A DNA stretch of 64,000 nt, from the NCBI GenBank assembly GCA_036677065.1, contig JAKFBS010000001.1:32001-96000 (forward strand). The letters are read 5' to 3'. Under the pieces are notes generated by a model. The model was not told the origin of the DNA, searched no databases, and was given only the letters and a program-made list of their open reading frames with translations. The stretch comes from Bdellovibrio sp. Its GTDB lineage: Bacteria; Bdellovibrionota; Bdellovibrionia; Bdellovibrionales; Bdellovibrionaceae. A program made the translations under genes and the position numbers. Below are positions 50,673 to 59,277 of the stretch, piece by piece; position 1 is the stretch's first letter; every line of letters begins with the position of its first letter.

Positions 50673-51068
50673 GTGAAAAAAACCGAGAATTCAGAAACAT
50701 TAATTATGTCGCCAGAACTGACTATCATCAGAGATTCATTACTATTGCAAAAAAGCGAAATTTTAAATCGTGATAACGAATTTAAATTAGCGCAATTAGA
50801 TGTAGCGAAACTTTCAGATGAAGGTGATCAGACTGCGCAAGAACAACAAAATAATATTTCAATTCAGCTGCACGAACGCGAGAGAATGTCTCTGGTGCAC
50901 ATTGAAAAAACTCTTTCAAAATTTGCTACTGGCACCTACGGTGAATGCGAATCTTGTGGTGATGAAATCACGATCAAGCGTTTACAAGCTAGACCTTTAA
51001 CTCCTTTTTGCATCAACTGCATGGAAGAGCACGAAGAGCAGTCGCATCACTCTGGACTAATCCAATAA
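50673..51068 (+). CDS. DksA/TraR family regulator, C4 zinc finger
   Basis: SDEGD tip; YGECESC...RLQARP...CINC; GAGGGG SD before GTG 50673. Confidence 0.85.
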   Translation: MKKTENSETLIMSPELTIIRDSLLLQKSEILNRDNEFKLAQLDVAKLSDEGDQTAQEQQNNISIQLHERERMSLVHIEKTLSKFATGTYGECESCGDEITIKRLQARPLTPFCINCMEEHEEQSHHSGLIQ

Positions 51069-51192
51069 GCGGTCGTTTAATTCCAGCCTTTAGTAACTAA
51101 GAAAACAGTATGTTTTCTCATGGAATGAGACCTGCTGACATGGATGTCAGTCTTGTTTTTAACAAATTCTTTAAATCCAGACTTAAATTCAT

Positions 51193-51219
51193 TTAAGCCG
51201 CTCCATTTTGCTCCGATTA
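51193..51219 (+). promoter_or_regulatory. sigma28-like promoter upstream of lon
   Basis: TTAA-N15-TCCGATTA. Confidence 0.45.
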
Positions 51220-51243
51220 GGTTTGTAAGAAACAGGAGCCGAC

Positions 51244-53664
51244 ATGACATTTGACAATCAACCAGTTGAAGTACCGCAAACTCTACCGATGTTACCAGTA
51301 AGAGATATCGTTGTATTCCCATACATGATCATCCCTTTATTCGTTGGCAGAGAATCTTCTATCAGATCAGTTGAAGATGCTTTAGCTAAAAATCGCCTTA
51401 TCTTCTTAGCCTCGCAAAAAGATATCGCTGAAGAAAATCCTACGCCAGACACAATCTACAAAGTTGGTACTGTCGCAAAAATTATGCGCATGAGAAAACT
51501 TTCTGATGGCCGTGTAAAAATCCTGATTCAAGGTGAAGCGAAAGCGCAAATCACTTCTTTCACAAAAACAACTGGCAGCTATGAAGTAGCTATCGAAAAA
51601 ATCGAAGACAAAGGCACGACTTCAACTCCTGCTGAAATCGAAGCTTTAATTCGCACAGCGAAAGAGTCGATCGAAAAAATCATCGCTCTTGGTAAAGCTT
51701 TATCTCCTGATATCTTATTAGTATTAGATGATGTGACTGATCCAGGTCGTATCGCAGATCTTATCGCAAGCAACTTGGGCGTAAAAGTTCAAGAAGCGCA
51801 AAAAGTTCTAGAAACAGTAGACGCAAAAGAACGCCTCTCCCTAGTATGCACAATCTTAGCTGCTGAATTAGAAGTTTTACAAGCGCAGGCAAAATTACGT
51901 GGTAACTCTCGTGATGACCAACACAAAAATCAAAGAGAAAACTTTTTACGCGATCAAATGAAAGCTATAAAGTCTGAACTTGGCGAAGCTGGTCAGCAAG
52001 ATTCAAAAGCTGAAGAGATGGATGAACTACGCGCTAAACTAATGGCGTGCGGAATGCCAGAGCCAGTTCAAACTGAAGCTTTAAAACAATTAACTCGTTT
52101 AGAGCGTATGCACCCGGATGCTTCTGAAGCAACTATGGTTCGTACTTACTTAGACTGGATGGTTGATCTTCCGTGGAGTAAACAAACTGAAGATATCCAT
52201 GATTTAAAACATGCTATGCAGGTTTTAGATGATGATCACTATGAATTACAAAAAGCTAAAGACCGTGTAATGGAATTTTTAGCTGTAAGAAAATTAAAAA
52301 CGACAATGAAGGGTCCAATCCTTTGTTTCTCTGGTCCTCCGGGCGTAGGTAAAACTTCTCTTGGTAGATCAATTGCGAAAGCAATGGGTCGTGAATACTT
52401 CCGTATCGCACTTGGCGGCGTAAAAGACGAAGCTGAGATCCGTGGTCACAGAAGAACATACGTTGGAGCTATGCCAGGTAAAATCGTGCAGGCTTTACGT
52501 CAATGTAAAACTAAAAATCCGGTTATCGTGTTAGATGAGATCGACAAAATGGCTTCAGACTTCAGAGGTGATCCAGCTTCTGCAATGTTAGAGGTGTTAG
52601 ATCCAGAACAAAACACAACTTTCCGTGATAACTATTTAAATGTAGATTTCGATTTATCGAAAGTTCTATTCATCGCGACAGCTAACGTGGTTGAAAATAT
52701 CCCACCAGCTTTACGTGACCGTATGGAAATGATCTACATCCCTGGTTACACAGAGAATGATAAATTATTTATTACTAAAAAACATTTGATCAGCAGACAA
52801 ATGGAAGCCAACGGAGTTACGTCAGATAATATCAAATTTACTGACGAAGGTATCAAATTCTTAATCGCAGGATACACTCGCGAAGCAGGGTTACGTAACC
52901 TTGAAAGAGAAGTTGGTTCTGTTTGCCGCAAGGTTGCTAAAAAAGTTGTGATGAATGAATCAAACTTTGTTGAAGTGAATGAAGTAACAGTACCAGAATT
53001 ACTTGGTCCTCCACGTTTCTTACGTGACGAAAGAATGCTTGAACCATCAGTTGGTGTTGTTCAAGGTCTTGCTTGGACTCAGGCTGGTGGTGAAGTTCTT
53101 TTAATCGAAGCACTTAAAATGAAAGGTAAAGGCAGTTTAATGCTTACCGGACAATTAGGTGATGTGATGAAAGAATCTGCTCATGCAGCGATGTCTTATG
53201 CTCGTGCTCACATGGACGAGTTAGGTATTGATCAAGAGATGTTTGAAAAATTTGATATTCACGTGCATTTACCTGCAGGTGCAATTCCGAAAGATGGTCC
53301 TTCTGCTGGTATCACGTTAACTACAGCCTTGGTCAGCTTGTTAACTGGAACACCAATCAGAAACGACATCGCTATGACTGGCGAAGTGACTTTACAAGGT
53401 CGCGTCTTACCTGTCGGCGGTATCCGTGAGAAGTGCTTAGCGGCACTTAACTTAGGAATCACTAACGTGATCATCCCTATGGCTAACGGAAAAGATCTTG
53501 AAGACATCCCACAAGTTTTCAAAGAGAAGATGAATTTTATCTTAGCAGAAAATTTAGATGAAGTTTTTGCAGTCGCTTTCGAGAAATCAGAGCGCTTCTC
53601 AAAAACAAAAACCGGAGCCAACAAATCTCCGAAAAAAGCCAAAGCTACTACTGCGGCGGCTTAG
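51244..53664 (+). CDS. lon: ATP-dependent Lon protease
   Basis: LPVRDIVVFP, GPPGVGKTS, LDEIDK, PKDGPSAG, GGIREK. Confidence 0.97.
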   Translation: MTFDNQPVEVPQTLPMLPVRDIVVFPYMIIPLFVGRESSIRSVEDALAKNRLIFLASQKDIAEENPTPDTIYKVGTVAKIMRMRKLSDGRVKILIQGEAKAQITSFTKTTGSYEVAIEKIEDKGTTSTPAEIEALIRTAKESIEKIIALGKALSPDILLVLDDVTDPGRIADLIASNLGVKVQEAQKVLETVDAKERLSLVCTILAAELEVLQAQAKLRGNSRDDQHKNQRENFLRDQMKAIKSELGEAGQQDSKAEEMDELRAKLMACGMPEPVQTEALKQLTRLERMHPDASEATMVRTYLDWMVDLPWSKQTEDIHDLKHAMQVLDDDHYELQKAKDRVMEFLAVRKLKTTMKGPILCFSGPPGVGKTSLGRSIAKAMGREYFRIALGGVKDEAEIRGHRRTYVGAMPGKIVQALRQCKTKNPVIVLDEIDKMASDFRGDPASAMLEVLDPEQNTTFRDNYLNVDFDLSKVLFIATANVVENIPPALRDRMEMIYIPGYTENDKLFITKKHLISRQMEANGVTSDNIKFTDEGIKFLIAGYTREAGLRNLEREVGSVCRKVAKKVVMNESNFVEVNEVTVPELLGPPRFLRDERMLEPSVGVVQGLAWTQAGGEVLLIEALKMKGKGSLMLTGQLGDVMKESAHAAMSYARAHMDELGIDQEMFEKFDIHVHLPAGAIPKDGPSAGITLTTALVSLLTGTPIRNDIAMTGEVTLQGRVLPVGGIREKCLAALNLGITNVIIPMANGKDLEDIPQVFKEKMNFILAENLDEVFAVAFEKSERFSKTKTGANKSPKKAKATTAAA

Positions 53665-53692
53665 CAACTGATTACTACAGTTAACATTAATC

Positions 53693-53722
53693 AAACCCAG
53701 GATTAAAAACCCTGGGTTTTTT
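53693..53722 (+). terminator. Intrinsic terminator after lon
   Basis: AAACCCAGG-N9-CCTGGGTTT plus T run. Confidence 0.85.
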
Positions 53723-53848
53723 ACATTTTGCGGTTCCAGTGTAAAACCACTTATCATTTCGATTTCAATTAGTAGTTAGTGCGTTTTCAATTACAAAGAT
53801 TAATTTTTAAAATTATGGTTTTTTGCAGGCATCGTTTATAGATGCGCC

Positions 53849-55054
53849 ATGCGCTCAATATCAGCACTCTTAATTTTTTTATCTCTTCCCGCTTTCGCTC
53901 AATCAGACTTTTCTTTTAAACAAAGATATGTTGGCGAATTTCAATTTATTCAAGAAGACAAATTTAAGACAGTAAATAATCTTACACCCTACCAGCGTAA
54001 ATCTTTCGATCTAAAAGCCATCGAAGCTGAGTACGAAATTCAGTTAAATCCTAATAATAAATTTGAATTCGAAGTTGAATATGAACACGGCGGTGTTGGC
54101 TCTGCTGTTGAGTTCGATAATTTCGAAGAATTTGGTGAGTTCGAAACTGAAGTTGAAAAAGGCGGAGAAGTTGTGGTCTCTGAAGCTTTCTTACTTAAAA
54201 AACTTTCACCAAAAACAGAACTATATATAGGTAAGTCTCCGGTAGGGATCACCCTAAACAATGCGATGAACTCTCCCTTAATGTATTCTTCAAATGAAGC
54301 TTCGCAGTTAGAGTCGCGCATTGTTCCGCAAGAGTGGAACGAAATGGGTCTGCAGACTAAGACACGACTTGGCGACTGGAGTATCTACGCCGGTATCGTG
54401 AGCGGTTTAAATTCTGAATTTTTTCGTAAGTACAATTGGGTTGGTGGCGGATACCAAAAACAATTCGAAAACATCAACGCCGATCAATTGGCCTACACCG
54501 CAGGTCTTGAATGGGGTGATGTGATTTGGGGCCGTGGCATCAGTGTGCATTACTATGAGGGTGATACGCAAAAAAACCGCTACAAACTGGATAAACTGAC
54601 TGTTCCTGCAACCGTACGTATTTACACAGCGATGGCACAGTGGAAGTTCTTTGATCGCGTCGGAATCATTACTGAGCATATCAGAGGTACGCTGCAAAAC
54701 TCTGAATCTGTTGCCTTGGCCAATGCCACATTAAGTGGTGTGGCTAAACCAAAAAGTTTTGCCGCCCTTGGATCACAGGCAGCACTGCAAATGTATCAAT
54801 TAAATTTAGATGTAACAGATACTTTAAATATTTTCAGTCAGTACGAACACGTAAATACTTTTATGCAAGTTGAAGGAACAATCGCAAAAGACCCCCGCTA
54901 TGATGTAATTCAGAATGGTTACGGTTTCGCTTACAAGCTGGATGAAATCACGCACATCAAAGCTCATTATTATAAAGAAAAAACAAAATTAGAAGCGCTT
55001 CCGGAAACTACGCACTTTGTGCTGAGCTTTAATCTGGATACCGCTGAATTTTAA
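53849..55054 (+). CDS. Outer-membrane porin-like beta-barrel heading the iron operon
   Basis: Signal peptide (AFA); EVEYEHGG acidic loop; P.EWNEMG; C-terminal Phe. Confidence 0.65.
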   Translation: MRSISALLIFLSLPAFAQSDFSFKQRYVGEFQFIQEDKFKTVNNLTPYQRKSFDLKAIEAEYEIQLNPNNKFEFEVEYEHGGVGSAVEFDNFEEFGEFETEVEKGGEVVVSEAFLLKKLSPKTELYIGKSPVGITLNNAMNSPLMYSSNEASQLESRIVPQEWNEMGLQTKTRLGDWSIYAGIVSGLNSEFFRKYNWVGGGYQKQFENINADQLAYTAGLEWGDVIWGRGISVHYYEGDTQKNRYKLDKLTVPATVRIYTAMAQWKFFDRVGIITEHIRGTLQNSESVALANATLSGVAKPKSFAALGSQAALQMYQLNLDVTDTLNIFSQYEHVNTFMQVEGTIAKDPRYDVIQNGYGFAYKLDEITHIKAHYYKEKTKLEALPETTHFVLSFNLDTAEF

Positions 55055-55071
55055 ATTAAACAGGAGAAAAA

Positions 55072-56157
55072 ATGAAAATCATGAACCTAGTGCTTAGCAC
55101 CCTATTATTCGGCGCCGTTGCTTCAGCCGGCCCACTTGAAAAACAAGTGATCGAAAACGTTTCTAAAAACGTTATTCTACAAACTTACAAAGATCTTTCT
55201 GATCGTTCAGCAGATTTATTAACTGCTGTTAAACAATTAGAAGCAAACCGCACGCAAGCGAACTTAGTAAATGCGCAAAACGCTTGGGTTGCTGCTCGCG
55301 CGCCATGGGAGGCTTCTGAGTCTTTCTTATACGGCCCGGTTGATTCTTTGGGAATTGATCCCATGATCGACACTTGGCCTTTAAGCCGCATCGATTTAGA
55401 TTCTGTTTTGCATTCTGGCAACACAATCAATGCTGATTTCGTTAGAAACTTAGGCGTAAACTTACAAGGTTTTCACACATTAGAATATTTATTGTTCGGT
55501 GATGGCATTCATACTAACACAAAAGAAGTTTCAAGCTTCACGCAAGCGCAATTTGATTACTTAATCGCTACTGCGGTTTTACAAGCTGAATACACTCATA
55601 AATTACATTACGCTTGGACTACGCAAGCTGATCCAGATGACGCTTCTCAACCAGGCTTTATCGAAGTGATTTCTAAACCAGGCTTCGACAATCCAATTTA
55701 TTCTTCTGAACAAGCTGTTATGTTTGAATTCGTCAATGGTATCTTAGGCATCTTAGACGAAGTGGCTAACGGTAAAATGTCTGACCCATTGGGTGGCGAT
55801 ATCGCGCATGCTAATGTTGAGTTAGTTGAATCTCCGTACTCTTGGAATTCATTATTAGATTTCGAAGACAACATTCGCAGCGTTTACAACGTCTACACAG
55901 GTTCTTACGGCGGCAGCAAAAAAGGCCCTGGTCTTAAAGAAGTTATTGCGCAAACTAATCCTGAATTAGCTAATCGTGTTGAAGCAAGAATTCTACAAGC
56001 TATGGGTAAAATCAAAGCTATTGCTGGCAACAACAACACGCCTTTCAATAAAGCAATTTTAGATGCTCAAGGCCGTGTTTTAACAACTGAAGCCATCAAC
56101 GACTTAAATGGTTTATTCCAATTAGTTGAGAGCGAAGTATTACCCATTTTTCAATAA
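55072..56157 (+). CDS. Imelysin/IrpA-like iron-binding periplasmic protein (M75)
   Basis: WVAARAPWE.SE.FL.GP, ID.WP, GFHTLEYLLF (GxHxxE), ESPYS. Confidence 0.88.
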   Translation: MKIMNLVLSTLLFGAVASAGPLEKQVIENVSKNVILQTYKDLSDRSADLLTAVKQLEANRTQANLVNAQNAWVAARAPWEASESFLYGPVDSLGIDPMIDTWPLSRIDLDSVLHSGNTINADFVRNLGVNLQGFHTLEYLLFGDGIHTNTKEVSSFTQAQFDYLIATAVLQAEYTHKLHYAWTTQADPDDASQPGFIEVISKPGFDNPIYSSEQAVMFEFVNGILGILDEVANGKMSDPLGGDIAHANVELVESPYSWNSLLDFEDNIRSVYNVYTGSYGGSKKGPGLKEVIAQTNPELANRVEARILQAMGKIKAIAGNNNTPFNKAILDAQGRVLTTEAINDLNGLFQLVESEVLPIFQ

Positions 56158-56169
56158 TAGGATTCGCAG

Positions 56170-57654
56170 ATGAAGATTTCTTTGTTCTTAACATTTATTT
56201 TCTTAAGTTTAACTTCTCAAGCTGAAATAATTTTTGATGATGGCTTTGTTACACAAAGAAATCTGGGGGGCGACGGAACTTACGTTGCCAACTTCGGCAC
56301 TACAGTTTCATTTAAACAACCGGTGACAACCATGCCACCGGAATTACAAGAAAAACACATTGTGGGCGATGGCTTATTCGAAAAAAACTTTTCTGATGAT
56401 CCTACCCGTTCAGATTATGGATTAGGGCCGGCCTACAATAATATTAGCTGCGCCAGCTGTCACATCCGCGACGGCCGTGGCTCTTTGCCTGTTATCTCTG
56501 CCAATAATGCTTGGACAAAGCTTGGCCAAAACGAAGCTATTTTTCTTCGTATTAGTGTTGAGTCTTACGTTTCTAAAAATCTGCACGGCGAACCGACGGC
56601 TGTTCCAGGTTACTCAACCCAATTATTTCACCTTGGCAGTTATCATTTACGCCAAAATTCACCAAACACAGGCCAAGCCGAAGTTTGGATGAAGTATGAG
56701 TACTCAACATTTACTTATCCCGACGGGCAAGTTGTTAAAATTAAAAAACCTATTTTTCAAATTAGAAACCCCTATGATTTATCAACGGATGAATCAGGAA
56801 ATCCAACAAGTCGTCTGCTTCAAGATGATGTTCGCACAAGCCCGCGCATGACTCCGCCCATGATCGGTTTAGGTTTATTAGAAGCCATCGAACAAGATGA
56901 TATTATCGCCTTAGCTAATCGTGACTTATCTGCCTGGGGTGTACAAGGGCGACCAAACTGGGTTTACGATATTGAAAAACAAAAAAATAATTTCGTCGAC
57001 GTTTACAGCCTGGGCCGTTTCGGTTTAAAGGCGAACACACCTTCTGTGTTACACCAAGCCTTGGGTGCCTTTCGCGGCGACATGGGCGTAACAAATTCAT
57101 TTTTTCCTGATGAAAGTATCGCTGGAACACCGCTAATCGAAAAAATTCTTCCGTCGTTAAGAAAAGAAGTAAATATCAGTGATGAAGATGCACTAGACAC
57201 TGTTTTCTATTCGCAGACTTTAGCCGTACCTTCTCGTCGCAAAGAATACTTAGAAGCCGACATCGTTGCCGGTGGTAAGAATTTTAAAAATGTCGGCTGT
57301 GCGAATTGCCATCAACCTGAATTTGTAACTGGCAAACATTCAATCGAGGCTTTAAGTTTTCAAAGAATTGCACCTTACACAGATTTATTGTTGCACGACA
57401 TGGGCGAAGGCTTAGCTGATAACCGTCGTGATTTTCAGGCCTCTGGCCGCGACTGGAAAACTCGTGCGCTATGGGGAATCGGGTTAACTAAGACTATAAA
57501 TGCCCGCGGTGGATTTTTGCACGACGGTCGCGCAGCTACTATCGAAGAAGCCATTCTTTGGCATGGCGGCGAAGCGCAAATCAGTCGCGATAAGTTCGCA
57601 AGCCTGCCGGTTAATGAACGTATTCAGGTTATTAAATTTATCAACTCACTTTAG
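56170..57654 (+). CDS. Di-heme oxidoreductase-like c-type cytochrome (DHOR/DUF1111)
   Basis: GLGP.YN..SCASCH..DGRG; GCANCH; YTDLLLHDMG; LHDGRA...EAILWHGGEA. Confidence 0.9.
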   Translation: MKISLFLTFIFLSLTSQAEIIFDDGFVTQRNLGGDGTYVANFGTTVSFKQPVTTMPPELQEKHIVGDGLFEKNFSDDPTRSDYGLGPAYNNISCASCHIRDGRGSLPVISANNAWTKLGQNEAIFLRISVESYVSKNLHGEPTAVPGYSTQLFHLGSYHLRQNSPNTGQAEVWMKYEYSTFTYPDGQVVKIKKPIFQIRNPYDLSTDESGNPTSRLLQDDVRTSPRMTPPMIGLGLLEAIEQDDIIALANRDLSAWGVQGRPNWVYDIEKQKNNFVDVYSLGRFGLKANTPSVLHQALGAFRGDMGVTNSFFPDESIAGTPLIEKILPSLRKEVNISDEDALDTVFYSQTLAVPSRRKEYLEADIVAGGKNFKNVGCANCHQPEFVTGKHSIEALSFQRIAPYTDLLLHDMGEGLADNRRDFQASGRDWKTRALWGIGLTKTINARGGFLHDGRAATIEEAILWHGGEAQISRDKFASLPVNERIQVIKFINSL

Positions 57655-57663
57655 AGGTTAGAA

Positions 57664-57972
57664 ATGTTAAGCGTTTTATTATTGTTTTCAAATTTAGCGT
57701 TCGCAGATGATTTAGTGTTTAAGATCGAGCTTAAAAACCGCACCATGGTGCCAAATGAAATCGTTGTCGCGCCAAACACCCCTTTTATCATCGAAGTTGT
57801 TAACACAGACAACACGGCCGAAGAATTCGAAAGTAACAGTTTAAATATTGAAAAAATTATTCCACCAAAACGTTCGGCTAAATTTAAAATTAAGCCTTTA
57901 GCTGCTGGCGAATATGAAATCTTTGGCGAATTTCACATGGATACCTGCCAAGGCAAGGTGATCGTAAAATGA
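57664..57972 (+). CDS. Cupredoxin-domain protein (FtrB/EfeO N-domain-like)
   Basis: Signal peptide; EEFES..L..EK and GEY..FGEFH motifs. Confidence 0.85.
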   Translation: MLSVLLLFSNLAFADDLVFKIELKNRTMVPNEIVVAPNTPFIIEVVNTDNTAEEFESNSLNIEKIIPPKRSAKFKIKPLAAGEYEIFGEFHMDTCQGKVIVK

Positions 57973-58601
57973 ACTGGACAGCATTTTCAATTGTATTACG
58001 CGAAAGCTTAGAAGCATTATTAATCATCGGTATTTTAACTTCGGTTTTAAAAAAAGATGAAAGCACAACTAAGAAACACTGGATGTTTTTAATTTTCGGG
58101 GTACTTGCTGGAATATTTGTAAGTTTAGCCTTAGGCATGTCGATTATGTTTCTGCCTGATGCACTTCCAGAATCAGCAATGAATTACATCGATGTCGGTT
58201 TTCCGTTAGTGGCCGGCCTTATGATCATTCACGTTATGTGGTGGATGCATAAAAATGCCCGCACTATGAAGTCAGACTTAACTGAAAAAGTAGAAAATGC
58301 GTTAAGCAAACAAAGCTTAATCAGCTTATTGCTAATCAGCTTTTTAGCTGTGGCTCGTGAAGGTTTAGAAACAGTTTTATTTTTAAGTGGTGAGCTCATT
58401 GAGGCGACTTTTGATAAGTTAATAAATCTTGGCGGTCAAATCGCTTTGGCCGTCGCAGCTTCTTATGTCATTTATTTCATTTTGCAAAAATCTTTAGGAA
58501 GTTTGCATTTCAAATGGTTCTTTAGAGTAACGAACGTATTGTTATTTGCAGCCGCAATTCAATTGTTCTACACGGCCTATAATAAATATCAGTATATCTA
58601 A
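57969..58601 (+). CDS. FTR1 family iron permease (EfeU/FtrC-like, short)
   Basis: Two RExxE motifs (RESLE, REGLE), WWMHK, multiple TM. Confidence 0.85.
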   Translation: MNWTAFSIVLRESLEALLIIGILTSVLKKDESTTKKHWMFLIFGVLAGIFVSLALGMSIMFLPDALPESAMNYIDVGFPLVAGLMIIHVMWWMHKNARTMKSDLTEKVENALSKQSLISLLLISFLAVAREGLETVLFLSGELIEATFDKLINLGGQIALAVAASYVIYFILQKSLGSLHFKWFFRVTNVLLFAAAIQLFYTAYNKYQYI

Positions 58602-58602
58602 A

Positions 58603-59073
58603 TTAGTAGTCTAAATTTTGGTTCGATGAATAAGCCACGTGGTGTGGGTTATTTTTTTGGTTTAAACGTTGATTCTCAGATTCAAGAACGCGAACTAATG
58701 TACGTAAATCAGAAATTTCTTCTTTTAACGACACGATTTGTTCTTCTTTTTCTTGTAACACCTGAGTGTAGGCTTTTTTGAGATCCGTTAATAAACGGTT
58801 GGCTGCAGTAATCACTGACTCGCCTTGTGCGTTCTCTTGTTTGGCAAACTCAGCAGCAGAAGAATCACTTTTTAGGGAGGGGCGATGGGCTTCTGTGCTG
58901 AACGTTTTATCTTCGACATTTGTTGTTGTTGTTGTAGCTGTTGGGTCTGTGTCGAAAATAAAATACTTGCCGTCATCCAAGCGGTACTGAATGTCCTCAG
59001 CTTTAATCCGACGTCTTAACGTGGAAATACTCACTTTATGTTTCATTGAGTATTCAGCTAAAGGTAACCACAT
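58603..59073 (-). CDS. Hypothetical HTH plus coiled-coil protein
   Basis: WLPLAEYS...VSISTLRRRIK excisionase/MerR-like HTH; heptad-rich C-terminus. Confidence 0.65.
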   Translation of the reverse strand: MWLPLAEYSMKHKVSISTLRRRIKAEDIQYRLDDGKYFIFDTDPTATTTTTNVEDKTFSTEAHRPSLKSDSSAAEFAKQENAQGESVITAANRLLTDLKKAYTQVLQEKEEQIVSLKEEISDLRTLVRVLESENQRLNQKNNPHHVAYSSNQNLDY

Positions 59074-59100
59074 TCTATGTGCCTCCGGGTTGACTACTCA

Positions 59101-59128
59101 AGCCTAACACAGCCGAAAGGCTTGTCAA
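59101..59128 (-). promoter_or_regulatory. sigma70-like promoter
   Basis: Minus strand TTGACA-N16-TAGGCT, followed by GGAGG SD for the ATG at 59073. Confidence 0.5.
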
Positions 59129-59277
59129 ATAAGGATTCTAGACTTTTTTCAATCCAGACTTTTGACGTGGATATCCAAAGAATTGCGTCATTTTTTATGC
59201 AAAATGCGTGGATAGTCACGACCAAGGTATGGTTTCGCCGCCTTTACACTAGACCTTGATCGTGCTTAACTAGTCTT

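Noticed and set aside
51077..51322. 81-aa minus-strand ORF over the lon leader
   Set aside because: Overlaps the lon start, has no recognisable motif, and the region looks regulatory
59166..59216. Two CGTGGATA sequences resembling DnaA boxes (also 28912-28920)
   Set aside because: Mismatched and too few, with no dnaA/dnaN/gidA context or unwinding element; no support for oriC
59077..59259. 60-aa intergenic ORF
   Set aside because: No SD or recognisable motif; overlaps the promoter of the divergent gene
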